Assembly (NCBI GenBank): GCA_965227515.1
Contig: CBDDFZ010000001.1
Coordinates: 2,720,001-2,784,000, forward strand
Source of the DNA: Alphaproteobacteria bacterium
GTDB taxonomy: Bacteria > Pseudomonadota > Alphaproteobacteria > CALKHQ01
Direction of reading: 5' to 3'
DNA length: 64,000 nucleotides
Below are positions 18,902 through 28,188 of this stretch, in pieces. Each line of letters opens with the position of its first letter. The stretch's first letter is position 1. The notes under the pieces are model-generated. The model did no database searches, had not been told where the DNA came from, and was given only the letters and a program-made list of their open reading frames with translations. The position numbers and the translations under genes were made by a program.

Positions 18902-19816
18902 TCACGACCACACACCGGATTTCACAAGCGCCCGGGCAGTCGCCGGAAGGGTGCTGAGAAAGGCACCAATGTGAGGCACCGACCTGACGTCCCCCTGCCA
19001 GACTGCCTCGTGCCGAATAACCGCGGACCGTCCGCCGCTGGTCACGGTCGGAAACCGGCCTGGATCGCCCACGATCCTGGACGCCGGTAACAGGGCGGCC
19101 CCCAGGCCCAGCTCGGCCCATTCCTGCAATGCCGCATGGGACATCGCGCGGCCCGGATAGTAGCTCGTCTCCAAGCCCGCTTCGGCAAACAGCCGCTCGG
19201 TGGCCGGCGCAAGGCCGCATTCACCGGCCGTGAGCAAGATCGTTTCGTTCACGATGTCGGTTAGCGCCATTGTGGCATTGGCGTCATCGGGTGCGCCAAA
19301 CGGAGGTATCAAATGCAACGGATCGTCGAATAGCGGGCAGCGATGGCGATCGCGTGCCGATGAGAGCCCGACACCGAAGGCGATGTCGATCTGTTCGTCC
19401 AGCAGTCGCTGCTCCAGGCCACCGACACTGCATTCCTTGAAAACGACGTGCACTGCCGGGTTCTGCCGCTGGTACGCCTTGAACAGTGCGTCGATCCGCC
19501 GGATGTCGAGCAACGGCGTGAAGGCAACCCGGATCAGCGGCTGCTCCGGTTCAATCAGCGCCTTCGCCTCCAACTGCAGGCTGTCTACGGCAGCAATGAC
19601 CTCGATGATGGAAGGAAGGAGGGCGCGGCCGAACGCCGTCAGTTCCACTTTTCGGGTGGTTCGTGCGAAGACCGATCGCCCCAGAATGGCCTCCAGATCA
19701 GAAATCGAGGCCGAAATGCTTGGTTGAGATATGTTTGCGCGGCGCGCTGCCTCGCTGAACGAGCCGGCTTCGGCGACCAATGTGGCGTTGCGGAGCTGTA
19801 CGAGGGTCGGTCGCAT
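18902..19816 (-). CDS. LysR-family transcriptional regulator
   Basis: HTH 'GSFSEAARRANISQPSISASISDLE..LG..VF.RTTR.VELT..G'. Confidence 0.92.
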   Translation of the reverse strand: MRPTLVQLRNATLVAEAGSFSEAARRANISQPSISASISDLEAILGRSVFARTTRKVELTAFGRALLPSIIEVIAAVDSLQLEAKALIEPEQPLIRVAFTPLLDIRRIDALFKAYQRQNPAVHVVFKECSVGGLEQRLLDEQIDIAFGVGLSSARDRHRCPLFDDPLHLIPPFGAPDDANATMALTDIVNETILLTAGECGLAPATERLFAEAGLETSYYPGRAMSHAALQEWAELGLGAALLPASRIVGDPGRFPTVTSGGRSAVIRHEAVWQGDVRSVPHIGAFLSTLPATARALVKSGVWS

Positions 19817-20007
19817 TAATAGAAAAATCCGATAAGTTCATTTGATTAATCGGTATTCTAATACAACTGCCTGATCCGTCAAATGGGTTCCCGGAACGAG
19901 CGGCACGGCACGGGACGGAACCGGGCCCGGCGCTGCTCGAAGAAATGCCGAATGCAGGCTGCTGCGCGCGTCCTGCGAAGCGCGCACGAACCCAAGGAGC
20001 GGGCTTG

Positions 20008-20406
20008 ATGTCTCACGAACTCTTCTGGCTGGCCGCGACCACGTTCTTGACGGGGTTGATGTCGCTGCCATACGTCCTTGATCGCATAGCCGTGCGCGGC
20101 CTTGCCGGCACGATGGCAAACCCGTCTCCCGACGACAAACCGCAATCGGCGTGGGCAGTGCGTGCGCAACGGGCCCACGCGAATGCCGTGGAGAACCTGT
20201 GCGTTTTTGCTCCGGCGGTCCTGCTGGTTGAACTTGCCGGACGGCATTCGTCGCTGTCGGTGCTGGCGTGTGCCGTCTATTTTGGCGCCCGTCTCGCACA
20301 CTACCTGGTCTATAGCGCCGGAATTCCGGTCCTGAGAACTGCGGCATTCCTGATTGGCTGGGCTGCAACGATGCTGGTCCTGGCCGTTGCGGCCGGGGTG
20401 ATCTGA
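20008..20406 (+). CDS. MAPEG-family membrane protein
   Basis: 'RAQRAHANAVENL..FAP', 'YF.ARL.H..VY..G.P..RT'; AAGGAG RBS. Confidence 0.87.
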   Translation: MSHELFWLAATTFLTGLMSLPYVLDRIAVRGLAGTMANPSPDDKPQSAWAVRAQRAHANAVENLCVFAPAVLLVELAGRHSSLSVLACAVYFGARLAHYLVYSAGIPVLRTAAFLIGWAATMLVLAVAAGVI

Positions 20407-21080
20407 TGACGCGGGTTGCGGTGATCGCCGGCATCGGGCCGGGTCTCGGCGCGGGCTTGGTGGCGGCATTCGCATCGGCAGGCTATTTCACCGTCGGCCT
20501 GTCGAGGCGCGGTCAACCCCATGGTGCGGACCGCGGCCTGAAGGTGGATCTGGCCGACCGCCGGGCCGTTGCTGCAGCGATCGCGGACATAGCGTCATCG
20601 GTCGGGCCCGCCGATGTCTACGTGCACAACGCGGCGGTGCTGCATCACGGCCCGCTGGCCGAGACGGAGGCTGAGGATTTCGAGCGGGTCTGGCGGACCA
20701 CCGTGCTGGGTGCCGTAAACGGCGTGAAGGCCGTGCTCCCAGCCATGCTCGCACGCGGTTCGGGCGCGCTTCTCTTCTCCGGTGCAACGGCATCGATTCG
20801 GGGTGGCTCCGGCTTCCCGGCATTCGCGTCGGCCAAGTTCGCGCTTCGCGGATTTGTCCAATCCTTGGCGCGGGAGTTCCAGCCCAGAGGACTGCATGTC
20901 GCGCACGTCATTCTGGACGGTCTCATGAAGGGCACACCGTCCGTCGCTGCGTTCGGGGGCACCGAACAAGGCAGCATCGACCCTCATGAAGCGGGCCGCG
21001 CTTTTGTCTGGCTGGCCGAACAGTCGCCGCCGGCCTGGACGCATGAGCTCGACTTGCGGCCCCAGGCCGAAAAGTTCTAG
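20406..21080 (+). CDS. Short-chain dehydrogenase/reductase (atypical)
   Basis: GIGPGLG, HNA, 'SGATASIRG', FASAK, 'QSLARE..P.G.HVAHV..DG', 'WTHELDLRP'. Confidence 0.88.
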   Translation: MTRVAVIAGIGPGLGAGLVAAFASAGYFTVGLSRRGQPHGADRGLKVDLADRRAVAAAIADIASSVGPADVYVHNAAVLHHGPLAETEAEDFERVWRTTVLGAVNGVKAVLPAMLARGSGALLFSGATASIRGGSGFPAFASAKFALRGFVQSLAREFQPRGLHVAHVILDGLMKGTPSVAAFGGTEQGSIDPHEAGRAFVWLAEQSPPAWTHELDLRPQAEKF

Positions 21081-21099
21081 CGGCAGCCAGGCAACGGAA

Positions 21100-21270
21100 A
21101 TGACCGAATTCAGGATCAATGCGGATTTCTCCGCACGCATCGTCGTCACGCCGCAGGATCGCGTGCGCGAGCACATCGACCACTGGGACGCCGGCCGCCA
21201 CCTGCACGAGCGCATCCCCATCCTCGGCCGCCTGGTCGCATTCGTAAGGCGGAAGGTCTCGGCGGGGTAG
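21100..21270 (+). pseudogene. Chimeric remnant: ChrR-like cupin N-terminus fused to duplicated SnoaL C-terminus
   Basis: MTEFRINADFSARIVV resembles the start of ChrR-type cupins (recognised from memory), followed by RVREHIDHWDAGRHLHERIP as in the upstream gene. Confidence 0.7.
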
Positions 21271-21271
21271 G
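21166..21271 (+). repeat. Direct repeat copy 2
   Basis: Matches 18764-18869, offset 2402 bp. Confidence 0.92.
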
Positions 21272-21573
21272 AAAGCGGGCGAGCAAATAGGGATTAGCTT
21301 GCCAGCCATCCGGTCCTTGGGGGCGTTGGCAAGATTTGCGTTATAGTACAACCCCGTCTTGTCTCGCCAAATACGAAGTCTCGGCATGGGGAGTGTGGCA
21401 CCCCCGATGCATCCTCCCTGTTGGTCCGGGAGTTGCGTCCTGCTACACAATGAGCATCGCTCTACGGTGCGATTCCAACGTCCATATACGAAGCCAACCC
21501 AACGATTTGAAGCATCTGCAATGTTGCCAAAGAAGCACAGCGCTGCTAGGTTCCTTGAATAAGGAATAAGATC

Positions 21574-23556
21574 ATGAAACTGCTTTCGGCAAGAGTTTCG
21601 AACTTTCGCTCGGCTGAAGATTCAGAAGTATTTAGCGTAGATCATTTGACCTGTTTCGTCGGAAAGAATGAAGCAGGAAAGACGGCAATATTGCAGGCGT
21701 TAGCTGGATTAAACCCTCATCCGGCAACTCCGTTCGGGTACGTTCTTGAACGGGACTATCCAAAGCGATATTTGGCCCGTTATTCCGAGCGTCACCCGGA
21801 CCAAGATGCCGTTGTCGTGACCTCGGAGTGGGAGATCACTGATGAGACGAAAGAACAATTGGTTGCTGAGTTCGGCGATGGTGCTGTTACTGACTCCACA
21901 GTTAAAATCCTGCGGTCGTATGATGACAAAAATCCTCGATGGAGACTGCCCATTGACCATGCCAAAGCTATTGAATATCTAGTCGCCAATTCTGGATTTT
22001 CGGCGCCCGAAAAGAGTCAAGTAGGGAAACCAAAAAACTCAGAAGAGTTGAAGAATGTTCTCGGAAAGCTTGAAACTCCCAAGCATAAGGCGCTATTGGA
22101 AAAGATAAACTCATATCCAAATAGTGATATTTTGTCGCGAGCGCGGGATATAATTGAGCCATATTTTCCTCAGTTTATGTATTTTTCCAACTATGATCGC
22201 ATGAGTGCGGTCGTCCATCTTCCATCTCTGAAGGAGGTGAAGGATAGTGGTGCGCTATTGACAAACGAGAATCTGAGAGGCGATCGACTATTCCTCGAAT
22301 TCTTAGAATTTTCGGGTATTGGTTTGGAAGAAATTCTCGATGCGCAGACGTTCGAGAGCTTCAATGCGAAACTTCAGGCGGGATCAAACATTCTTACTGA
22401 GGAAATTCTAGAGTACTGGACCCAAAATCCCGATATTGAGGTTCGAGTCAATGTTGCGGACGGTAAGCCGGCCGATCCGGAGCCATTTAATGCGGGAGCT
22501 GTTGGACGCGCACGTATTTATAACCAACTTCACCGCGCTGACACCTCCTTTTCGGAAAGAAGTGCTGGCTTCACATGGTTCTTTTCTTTTCTGATCAAGT
22601 TTGATCGCGTCAAGAAAGAAGGGAGTCGTCCAGTTTTCTTGCTGCTAGATGAACCTGGTCTCACGCTTCACGGAAAAGCACAGGGTGACTTGTTAAGATA
22701 TTTCCAAGAAAAGCTGTCTCCACATCACCAGATGATTTACTCGACGCATTCACCGTTCATGGTATCTTCCGAGAAATTGATGAGTGCTCGAATTGTGGAA
22801 GATTTGGTCAATGTTGATGATCGTGGCCGGCGCACACCGATAGGAACGAAAGTCAAAGACGAAGCGCTCAGCAAAGATCGCGATTCTGTTTTTCCGTTAC
22901 AGGGCGCTCTCGGGTATGAGATCACCCAAACGCTATTTATTGGCAAACATACCCTGTTGGTGGAAGGGCCGTCAGATGTGCTATATCTACAGGCGCTTTC
23001 AACGGAATTGGGAAGACGTGGGCGAACCGCTCTCGATCCTTCATGGGTAATGTGCCCCACGGGCGGATTAGATAAGATACAAGCATTTGTATCTCTGTTT
23101 TCAGGAAATAGTCTGGATGTAATCGCGTTAACAGACTATTCGAAGAAGGGTAGATCGCGATTGGAGGCAATACGCCGAAGCGAAATACTCAAATCTGGCG
23201 GTCTTTTGACAATTGGAGATTTTGTGTCGCAGGAGGAGGCGGATATTGAAGACATATTTGAGCCGGCGCTATTTGTAGAAATCGTCAACAGCGCCTACGA
23301 GCTGCCGACCGATCACGCAATGACAAAGGAAACCCTCCTAGCGGCGGACGAGAATTCTGAAAGACTGGTTAAGAAAGCTGAAGCATACTTCAACGTCTTG
23401 CCTAATGATATTCCAACCTATGATCATTTTCGTCCTTCGTTGTGGTTAATCTCTCATCCGGATATTCTTCGGAATGAAAACGATTCTATTGCGGCGACCC
23501 TTGATCGGACTGAAGACCTCTGCAAAGCAATCAATGCGCTTAGGGCCGCAGACTAG
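21574..23556 (+). CDS. OLD-family ATP-dependent nuclease (ABC ATPase + TOPRIM), putative anti-phage
   Basis: Walker A GKNEAGKT, ERSAGF, Walker B LLLDEP, H-loop STHS, TOPRIM VEGPSD; visibly AT-richer than flanks; AAGGA RBS. Confidence 0.85.
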   Translation: MKLLSARVSNFRSAEDSEVFSVDHLTCFVGKNEAGKTAILQALAGLNPHPATPFGYVLERDYPKRYLARYSERHPDQDAVVVTSEWEITDETKEQLVAEFGDGAVTDSTVKILRSYDDKNPRWRLPIDHAKAIEYLVANSGFSAPEKSQVGKPKNSEELKNVLGKLETPKHKALLEKINSYPNSDILSRARDIIEPYFPQFMYFSNYDRMSAVVHLPSLKEVKDSGALLTNENLRGDRLFLEFLEFSGIGLEEILDAQTFESFNAKLQAGSNILTEEILEYWTQNPDIEVRVNVADGKPADPEPFNAGAVGRARIYNQLHRADTSFSERSAGFTWFFSFLIKFDRVKKEGSRPVFLLLDEPGLTLHGKAQGDLLRYFQEKLSPHHQMIYSTHSPFMVSSEKLMSARIVEDLVNVDDRGRRTPIGTKVKDEALSKDRDSVFPLQGALGYEITQTLFIGKHTLLVEGPSDVLYLQALSTELGRRGRTALDPSWVMCPTGGLDKIQAFVSLFSGNSLDVIALTDYSKKGRSRLEAIRRSEILKSGGLLTIGDFVSQEEADIEDIFEPALFVEIVNSAYELPTDHAMTKETLLAADENSERLVKKAEAYFNVLPNDIPTYDHFRPSLWLISHPDILRNENDSIAATLDRTEDLCKAINALRAAD

Positions 23557-23721
23557 CCCGAAGCGACTTCGCCCCTCGCGTGAGCATGGAATCCAAACGC
23601 AACCCTGCTACGTGGGGCCCGTCGTTTAGAGCCTCCTTGCGCTTGCTATCCGCCTCTTGATGAGGGCCAAGTCCTGGCCGCGAGTCAATGGGTTAGGATG
23701 CCGACTGGTGAAGGAAGCAAT

Positions 23722-23731
23722 ATGGCGCGCC
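23722..23731 (+). repeat. attL core
   Basis: ATGGCGCGCC identical to 42500-42509; followed by ...AGGA...TTCGAACC, echoing the tRNA T-arm. Confidence 0.82.
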
Positions 23732-23829
23732 TCGAAGGAGAAACTTCGAACCGCCTCATCGAAACCCTACAAGAATGGAATGACCACCTCAAGGCAGCCA
23801 ACATCGACCTCGGGGAGCCGTCGCCATGA
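23722..23829 (+). CDS. Detached C-terminal 35 aa of the serine recombinase (MARLEGETSNRLIETLQEWNDHLKAANIDLGEPSP)
   Basis: Begins at the att core in the same frame as recombinase codons M-A-R at 42500; TGA overlaps mobC ATG; not in the ORF track. Confidence 0.72.
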   Translation: MARLEGETSNRLIETLQEWNDHLKAANIDLGEPSP

Positions 23830-24275
23830 GACATGCCGACGTTTCCCCACATGGCAGCGACCTTGGCAAGGCTTTTCGCGGGGCTGCGGCGAAGCCCCCT
23901 TCCAAGAGCAAGGCGAACGCCGCCGCGCCCTTCTCCATCCGGTTCACGCGGGAAGAGCGGGACCGGCTGCAAGCTGAGGCAGGCCAGCAACCGCTTGGGG
24001 CGTACATTCGCTCCCGGCTGCTGGGCGATACGGCGGACAAGCGCCGTGTGTCCCGTCGCCCCAGGATCGACCAGGAAGTGACCGCCCGGTTGCTCGCCGA
24101 GCTGGGGAAGTCCCGCCTCGCCTCCAACATGAACCAGCTTGCCAAGGCCGCGAACATGGGCACGCTCGATCTTGGCCCTGAGGTTGCGCGCGATATTCGG
24201 GCGGCTTGCGCCGCGATTACGGACATGCGGGCCGCACTGATTTTGGCGCTCGGCGTGAGGCCGGAGCGTGGCTAA
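23826..24275 (+). CDS. mobC: MobC-like relaxosome accessory protein
   Basis: RHH-like 'FSIRFT.EER..L...AG...LG.YIR', 'L.ELG.S.LASN.NQLAKAAN.G'; directly upstream of relaxase. Confidence 0.82.
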   Translation: MRHADVSPHGSDLGKAFRGAAAKPPSKSKANAAAPFSIRFTREERDRLQAEAGQQPLGAYIRSRLLGDTADKRRVSRRPRIDQEVTARLLAELGKSRLASNMNQLAKAANMGTLDLGPEVARDIRAACAAITDMRAALILALGVRPERG

Positions 24276-25567
24276 TGATTCTCGTCGGCAACCAACGCGG
24301 CGGGGCCAACGAGCTGGCCCAGCACCTGCTCAAGGATGAGAACGAGCATGTCGAGGTCCATGAGCTTCGCGGGTTTGCTTCGGAGACCCTCCCCGAGGCG
24401 CTGAACGAGGCCTATGCCGTGAGCCGAGGGACGCGGTGCAAGCAGTTCCTCTTTTCCCTGAGCCTCAATCCGCCGCCCGGCGAGCGGGTCAGAACAGAGG
24501 CGTTTGAGAGCGCCGTCGACCGGGCCGAACAGAAGCTGGGCCTCACGGGCCAGCCACGCGCCATCGTGTTCCACGAGAAGGAAGGCCGCCGCCACTGCCA
24601 TGCGGTGTGGTCGCGGATCGATGCGGAGGCAATGAAGGCCGTCCCGCTGCCCCACTCCAAGCTGAAGCTCCAGGACGTTGCGCGAGAGCTGTATCGCGAA
24701 CACGGTTGGACCATGCCGCGCGGCTTCGTGAACTCGATAGAGCGCGATCCGCGCAACTTCACTCTCGCCGAATGGCAACAGGCCAAGCGTAACGACCGCG
24801 ATCCGCGCGAGATCAAGGCGGCGATTAAGGAATGCTGGGCGGTCAGCGACTCCCAGGCTGCGTTTGCACACGCCCTGAGCCAGCGCGGCTACGTGCTGGC
24901 GCGAGGGGACAAGCGAGGCTTCGTCGCTATCGATCGTCGCGGCGAGCCCTACGCGATTTCGCGCTCGGTCGGCATCCGGGCGAAAGAACTGCGGGCCAGG
25001 CTTGGGGACTCCGCCTTGCTGCCATCCGTCCAGGACGCCAGGGCGCAGATGGCCCGCGACATGGAAGCGAACCTGGCCAGGCTGCAGAAGGAACAGGAAG
25101 CGGCCCTTGCCTCACGGCTGGGAGACTTCAGAGGACAGAGGGATGCGCTGGTCCGGCAGCAGAGAGCTGAGCGTGAGGCCCTGGCAATGGGCCATGCCCG
25201 CCGCCAGGATTCGGAGATGCAGGCGCGGCAAACTCGCTTCAACACCGGGTTACGCGGTTTCATCGACCGGCTCTCCGGGCGGCGCAAACAGATTCAGGAG
25301 CAGAACCAGGCTGAAGCCTATGAGGGCCTAGTGCGCGACCGGCGGGAAAAGGACGAGCTGATCTTCCGCCACCTCGACCAGCGCCGCGACCTTCAGCAAC
25401 GAGCTGCCAAGCTCAGAGCTGTGACAGCCGAGCGGACACAAGAGCTAAGCCAGGACATCACGGCCTATCGGGAGCTGAACCAGGGGCACCGTGAGCGGTT
25501 GGATCGGCTGCGCGCCGGACGCCCGAGCAACAATCGGCAGGGGCCCGAACGCGACTTCGAGCGATAG
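24275..25567 (+). CDS. Relaxase/mobilisation nuclease (MOB-P-like)
   Basis: 'LFSLSLNPP', HUH motif 'FHEKEGRRHCHAVWSRID', C-terminal coiled coil; TAATG overlap with mobC. Confidence 0.9.
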   Translation: MILVGNQRGGANELAQHLLKDENEHVEVHELRGFASETLPEALNEAYAVSRGTRCKQFLFSLSLNPPPGERVRTEAFESAVDRAEQKLGLTGQPRAIVFHEKEGRRHCHAVWSRIDAEAMKAVPLPHSKLKLQDVARELYREHGWTMPRGFVNSIERDPRNFTLAEWQQAKRNDRDPREIKAAIKECWAVSDSQAAFAHALSQRGYVLARGDKRGFVAIDRRGEPYAISRSVGIRAKELRARLGDSALLPSVQDARAQMARDMEANLARLQKEQEAALASRLGDFRGQRDALVRQQRAEREALAMGHARRQDSEMQARQTRFNTGLRGFIDRLSGRRKQIQEQNQAEAYEGLVRDRREKDELIFRHLDQRRDLQQRAAKLRAVTAERTQELSQDITAYRELNQGHRERLDRLRAGRPSNNRQGPERDFER

Positions 25568-26029
25568 CGGCTGCCGTTCGGTAAATGACAAATGGGTTGC
25601 ATCAGCAACCCTGCTTCCGGCGAGGATGGGGGTAGCAAGGGCCAGGGTCAGCGCGGCGGGCGCACAAGCCGAAGGCGCGGAGCCTCGGGAGACCGCGCCC
25701 TGGCCTGCGCGAGGGGCGAAGCCCCTTAGTCAGACCATACCCGCAGGGTAAGACAGGAAAGCCTGCCAGGAGCGTCAGCATAGCGACGCCAAAGGCGGGG
25801 TGCGGGAAGCGGCGATCGGCTGGACAAGGTTCCCGGCGCACCCGCAGGAGCGAAGCGGGACCGAGTGCGCCCTTGGGAGGCCGTCAATATGAGGGCGCTG
25901 CCAAGCGACCCGCGCGAGGGATCGAAGCCGAATGGCCGAGACCGCTTGCGGGCTCAGTTCACGAGAGCCCAACCCGCAGGGCGCGCCCGGCATTCATTGC
26001 ATCATTCGCGATGACGCAATATTTTTCTC

Positions 26030-26065
26030 TTGACTCGACACCTTTGTGCGAGTTAGAACCGCATC
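26030..26065 (+). promoter_or_regulatory. Sigma70-like promoter of the R-M operon, probably leaderless
   Basis: TTGACT(26030)-N18-TAGAAC(26054) only 6 nt before ATG; no SD; imperfect inverted repeat ACTCGACA/TGTGCGAGT over the spacer. Confidence 0.55.
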
Positions 26066-26680
26066 ATGAACGATGATGCAGTATTTTTCATAAACCTCAA
26101 GGACGCAGCGCGCGTGTCGGCTGGTTATCCCCTGCGCGGCTCTGCTGAGGCGCTTGGACCGGGCGACGTGCGTTTTGTCCAGCTCAAGGACGTAAGCCTT
26201 GATGCCGACATCAACTGGACAGGCATCCCATCGGTGGAGCTGCCGTCCAAGAGAGTGCCGGAATGGCTCAGCGATAACGATGTCATTTTCTCAGCACGCG
26301 GCACGAAAACGCTGGCCTATCCGGTCACCGGCACACCCGGTCGCGCGGTATGTGCTCCGCAGTTCTATGTCATCTCAATCAAGGACCCGGAGAAACTGCT
26401 CCCGGCATTCCTCGCCTGGCAGATCAATCAGAGGTCAGCGCAGGATTATCTCGCGCGCTCGGCCACTGGCTCCTACATCCAGAACATTCGCAGGGGCGTC
26501 TTAGAAGCTCTCCCCGTCGCAGTTCCGTCGCTCCGCGTGCAGCGCGTCATCGTCGACTTTTGGCAAGCAGCACGACGCGAACGCACAACGCTCAATCAGC
26601 TTATCGAAACCCGTAACCGACAACTCGACGCGCTCGCCGTCGGGCTACTGCAGCCGCGCCAAAGGGGGGCACGTCAATGA
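26066..26680 (+). CDS. Half-size HsdS-like (single TRD) protein
   Basis: 'DVIFSARG', 'LLP.FLAWQIN', 'L..LPV.VPSL..Q..IV' HsdS-type motifs; coupled to hsdM. Confidence 0.8.
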   Translation: MNDDAVFFINLKDAARVSAGYPLRGSAEALGPGDVRFVQLKDVSLDADINWTGIPSVELPSKRVPEWLSDNDVIFSARGTKTLAYPVTGTPGRAVCAPQFYVISIKDPEKLLPAFLAWQINQRSAQDYLARSATGSYIQNIRRGVLEALPVAVPSLRVQRVIVDFWQAARRERTTLNQLIETRNRQLDALAVGLLQPRQRGARQ

Positions 26681-28188
26681 ACGCACAGGTCAGACAGGAC
26701 GAGATCAACAAGGCCGTGTGGGAAGCTTGCGATACCTTCCGGGGCACGGTCGATGCCGGAGTCTACAAAGACTACGTGCTGACAATGCTCTTCCTCAAAT
26801 ATATCAGTGACGTCTGGAACGATCACTACGAAGCGTATCAGAAGGAATACGGGGACGAGCCAGCACTTATAAACGAGATGATGAAGAATGAGCGCTTCGT
26901 TCTGCCAGAGAGCGCAAATTTCTATGCACTTTACCAGCGTCGACACGAAGCCGGAAACGGAGAACGAATTGACAAGGCCCTTCATGCAATTGAAGAGACC
27001 AATATCGGAAAGCTTCGCGACGTTTTTCAAGATATCAGCTTTAACTCCAACAAGCTCGGCGAAGAAGCTCACAAAAACGAGCTGCTTAAAGAGCTGCTAG
27101 AGGATTTTGCCAAAGACAAGCTAAACCTAAGACCAAGTCGAATTGGCAAGCTGGATATCATCGGCAATGCGTATGAATATCTGATAAAGCAGTTTGCTGC
27201 TGATGCTGGGAGGAAAGCCGGGGAATTCTACACCCCACCGGAGGTCTCTGAACTAATCGCTGAATTGGTCTCTCCTCAAGAGGGCGACGAAATCTGTGAC
27301 CCGACGTGCGGCTCCGGCTCCCTGCTCATGAAATGTGGAAAGCGCGTGCAGATTGAGAACAAGGGTTCGAAGAAATATGCCCTGTATGGACAGGAAGCGA
27401 TTGGCAGCACATGGGCTCTCGCTAAAATGAACATGTTCCTCCATGGAGAGGACAATCACCGCATCGAATGGGGCGATACAATCCGCAACCCAAAACTGCT
27501 TGATGGCGAAGACAGCCTCAAGCATTTTGATGTCGTTGTGGCCAATCCGCCCTTCTCTCTGGAAAAGTGGGGCCACAGCACGGCAGAAGGCGACAAGTTC
27601 GGGCGGTTCCGGCGCGGCATTCCCCCGAAGACCAAGGGGGACTACGCCTTTGTGCTGCATATGGTCGAGACCATGAAGCCCAAGAGCGGGCGCATGGCCG
27701 TCGTCGCCCCGCACGGCGTTCTTTTCCGTGGGTCAGCGGAGGGAAGAATTCGCAAAAAACTGGTTGATGAAAACCTGCTAGACGCCGTGATCGGCTTGCC
27801 TGAGAAGCTCTTCTACGGAACGGGCATCCCAGCCGCGATCCTCGTGTTCCGCAAAAAAAAGGGCAACAAGGACGTCCTATTTATAGACGCCAGCCGCGAG
27901 TTCGTGGCGGGCAAGAACCAGAACCAGCTAACCGACGATCACATCGCGAAAATCGTGCAGACTTATCAGGCGCGTAAGAGCGTCAACAAATATGCCTACC
28001 TCGCCACGCCCGAGGAGATGGCGGAAAACGACTACAACCTGAATATCCCCCGGTACGTCGACACATTTGAGGAAGAAGAAGAAATTGACTTAGTGGAGGT
28101 TCGGACCGAGCGCGAGAAACTAAAAGCCGAACTCGCAGACCTCGAAGCGCGGATGGACGGCTACCTTAAGGAGCTGGGCTATCAATGA
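26677..28188 (+). CDS. hsdM: Type I R-M methyltransferase (m6A)
   Basis: GEFYTP, DPTCGSG (motif I), NPPF (motif IV), HGVLFRG, YNLNIPRY. Confidence 0.96.
   Translation: MNAQVRQDEINKAVWEACDTFRGTVDAGVYKDYVLTMLFLKYISDVWNDHYEAYQKEYGDEPALINEMMKNERFVLPESANFYALYQRRHEAGNGERIDKALHAIEETNIGKLRDVFQDISFNSNKLGEEAHKNELLKELLEDFAKDKLNLRPSRIGKLDIIGNAYEYLIKQFAADAGRKAGEFYTPPEVSELIAELVSPQEGDEICDPTCGSGSLLMKCGKRVQIENKGSKKYALYGQEAIGSTWALAKMNMFLHGEDNHRIEWGDTIRNPKLLDGEDSLKHFDVVVANPPFSLEKWGHSTAEGDKFGRFRRGIPPKTKGDYAFVLHMVETMKPKSGRMAVVAPHGVLFRGSAEGRIRKKLVDENLLDAVIGLPEKLFYGTGIPAAILVFRKKKGNKDVLFIDASREFVAGKNQNQLTDDHIAKIVQTYQARKSVNKYAYLATPEEMAENDYNLNIPRYVDTFEEEEEIDLVEVRTEREKLKAELADLEARMDGYLKELGYQ

Noticed and set aside
21574-23556. 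Gabija or retron system
   Set aside because: No adjacent UvrD-like helicase or reverse transcriptase
27853-27860. A8 tract in hsdM as a phase-variation switch
   Set aside because: Short, encodes a Lys run, frame intact; no evidence of variation
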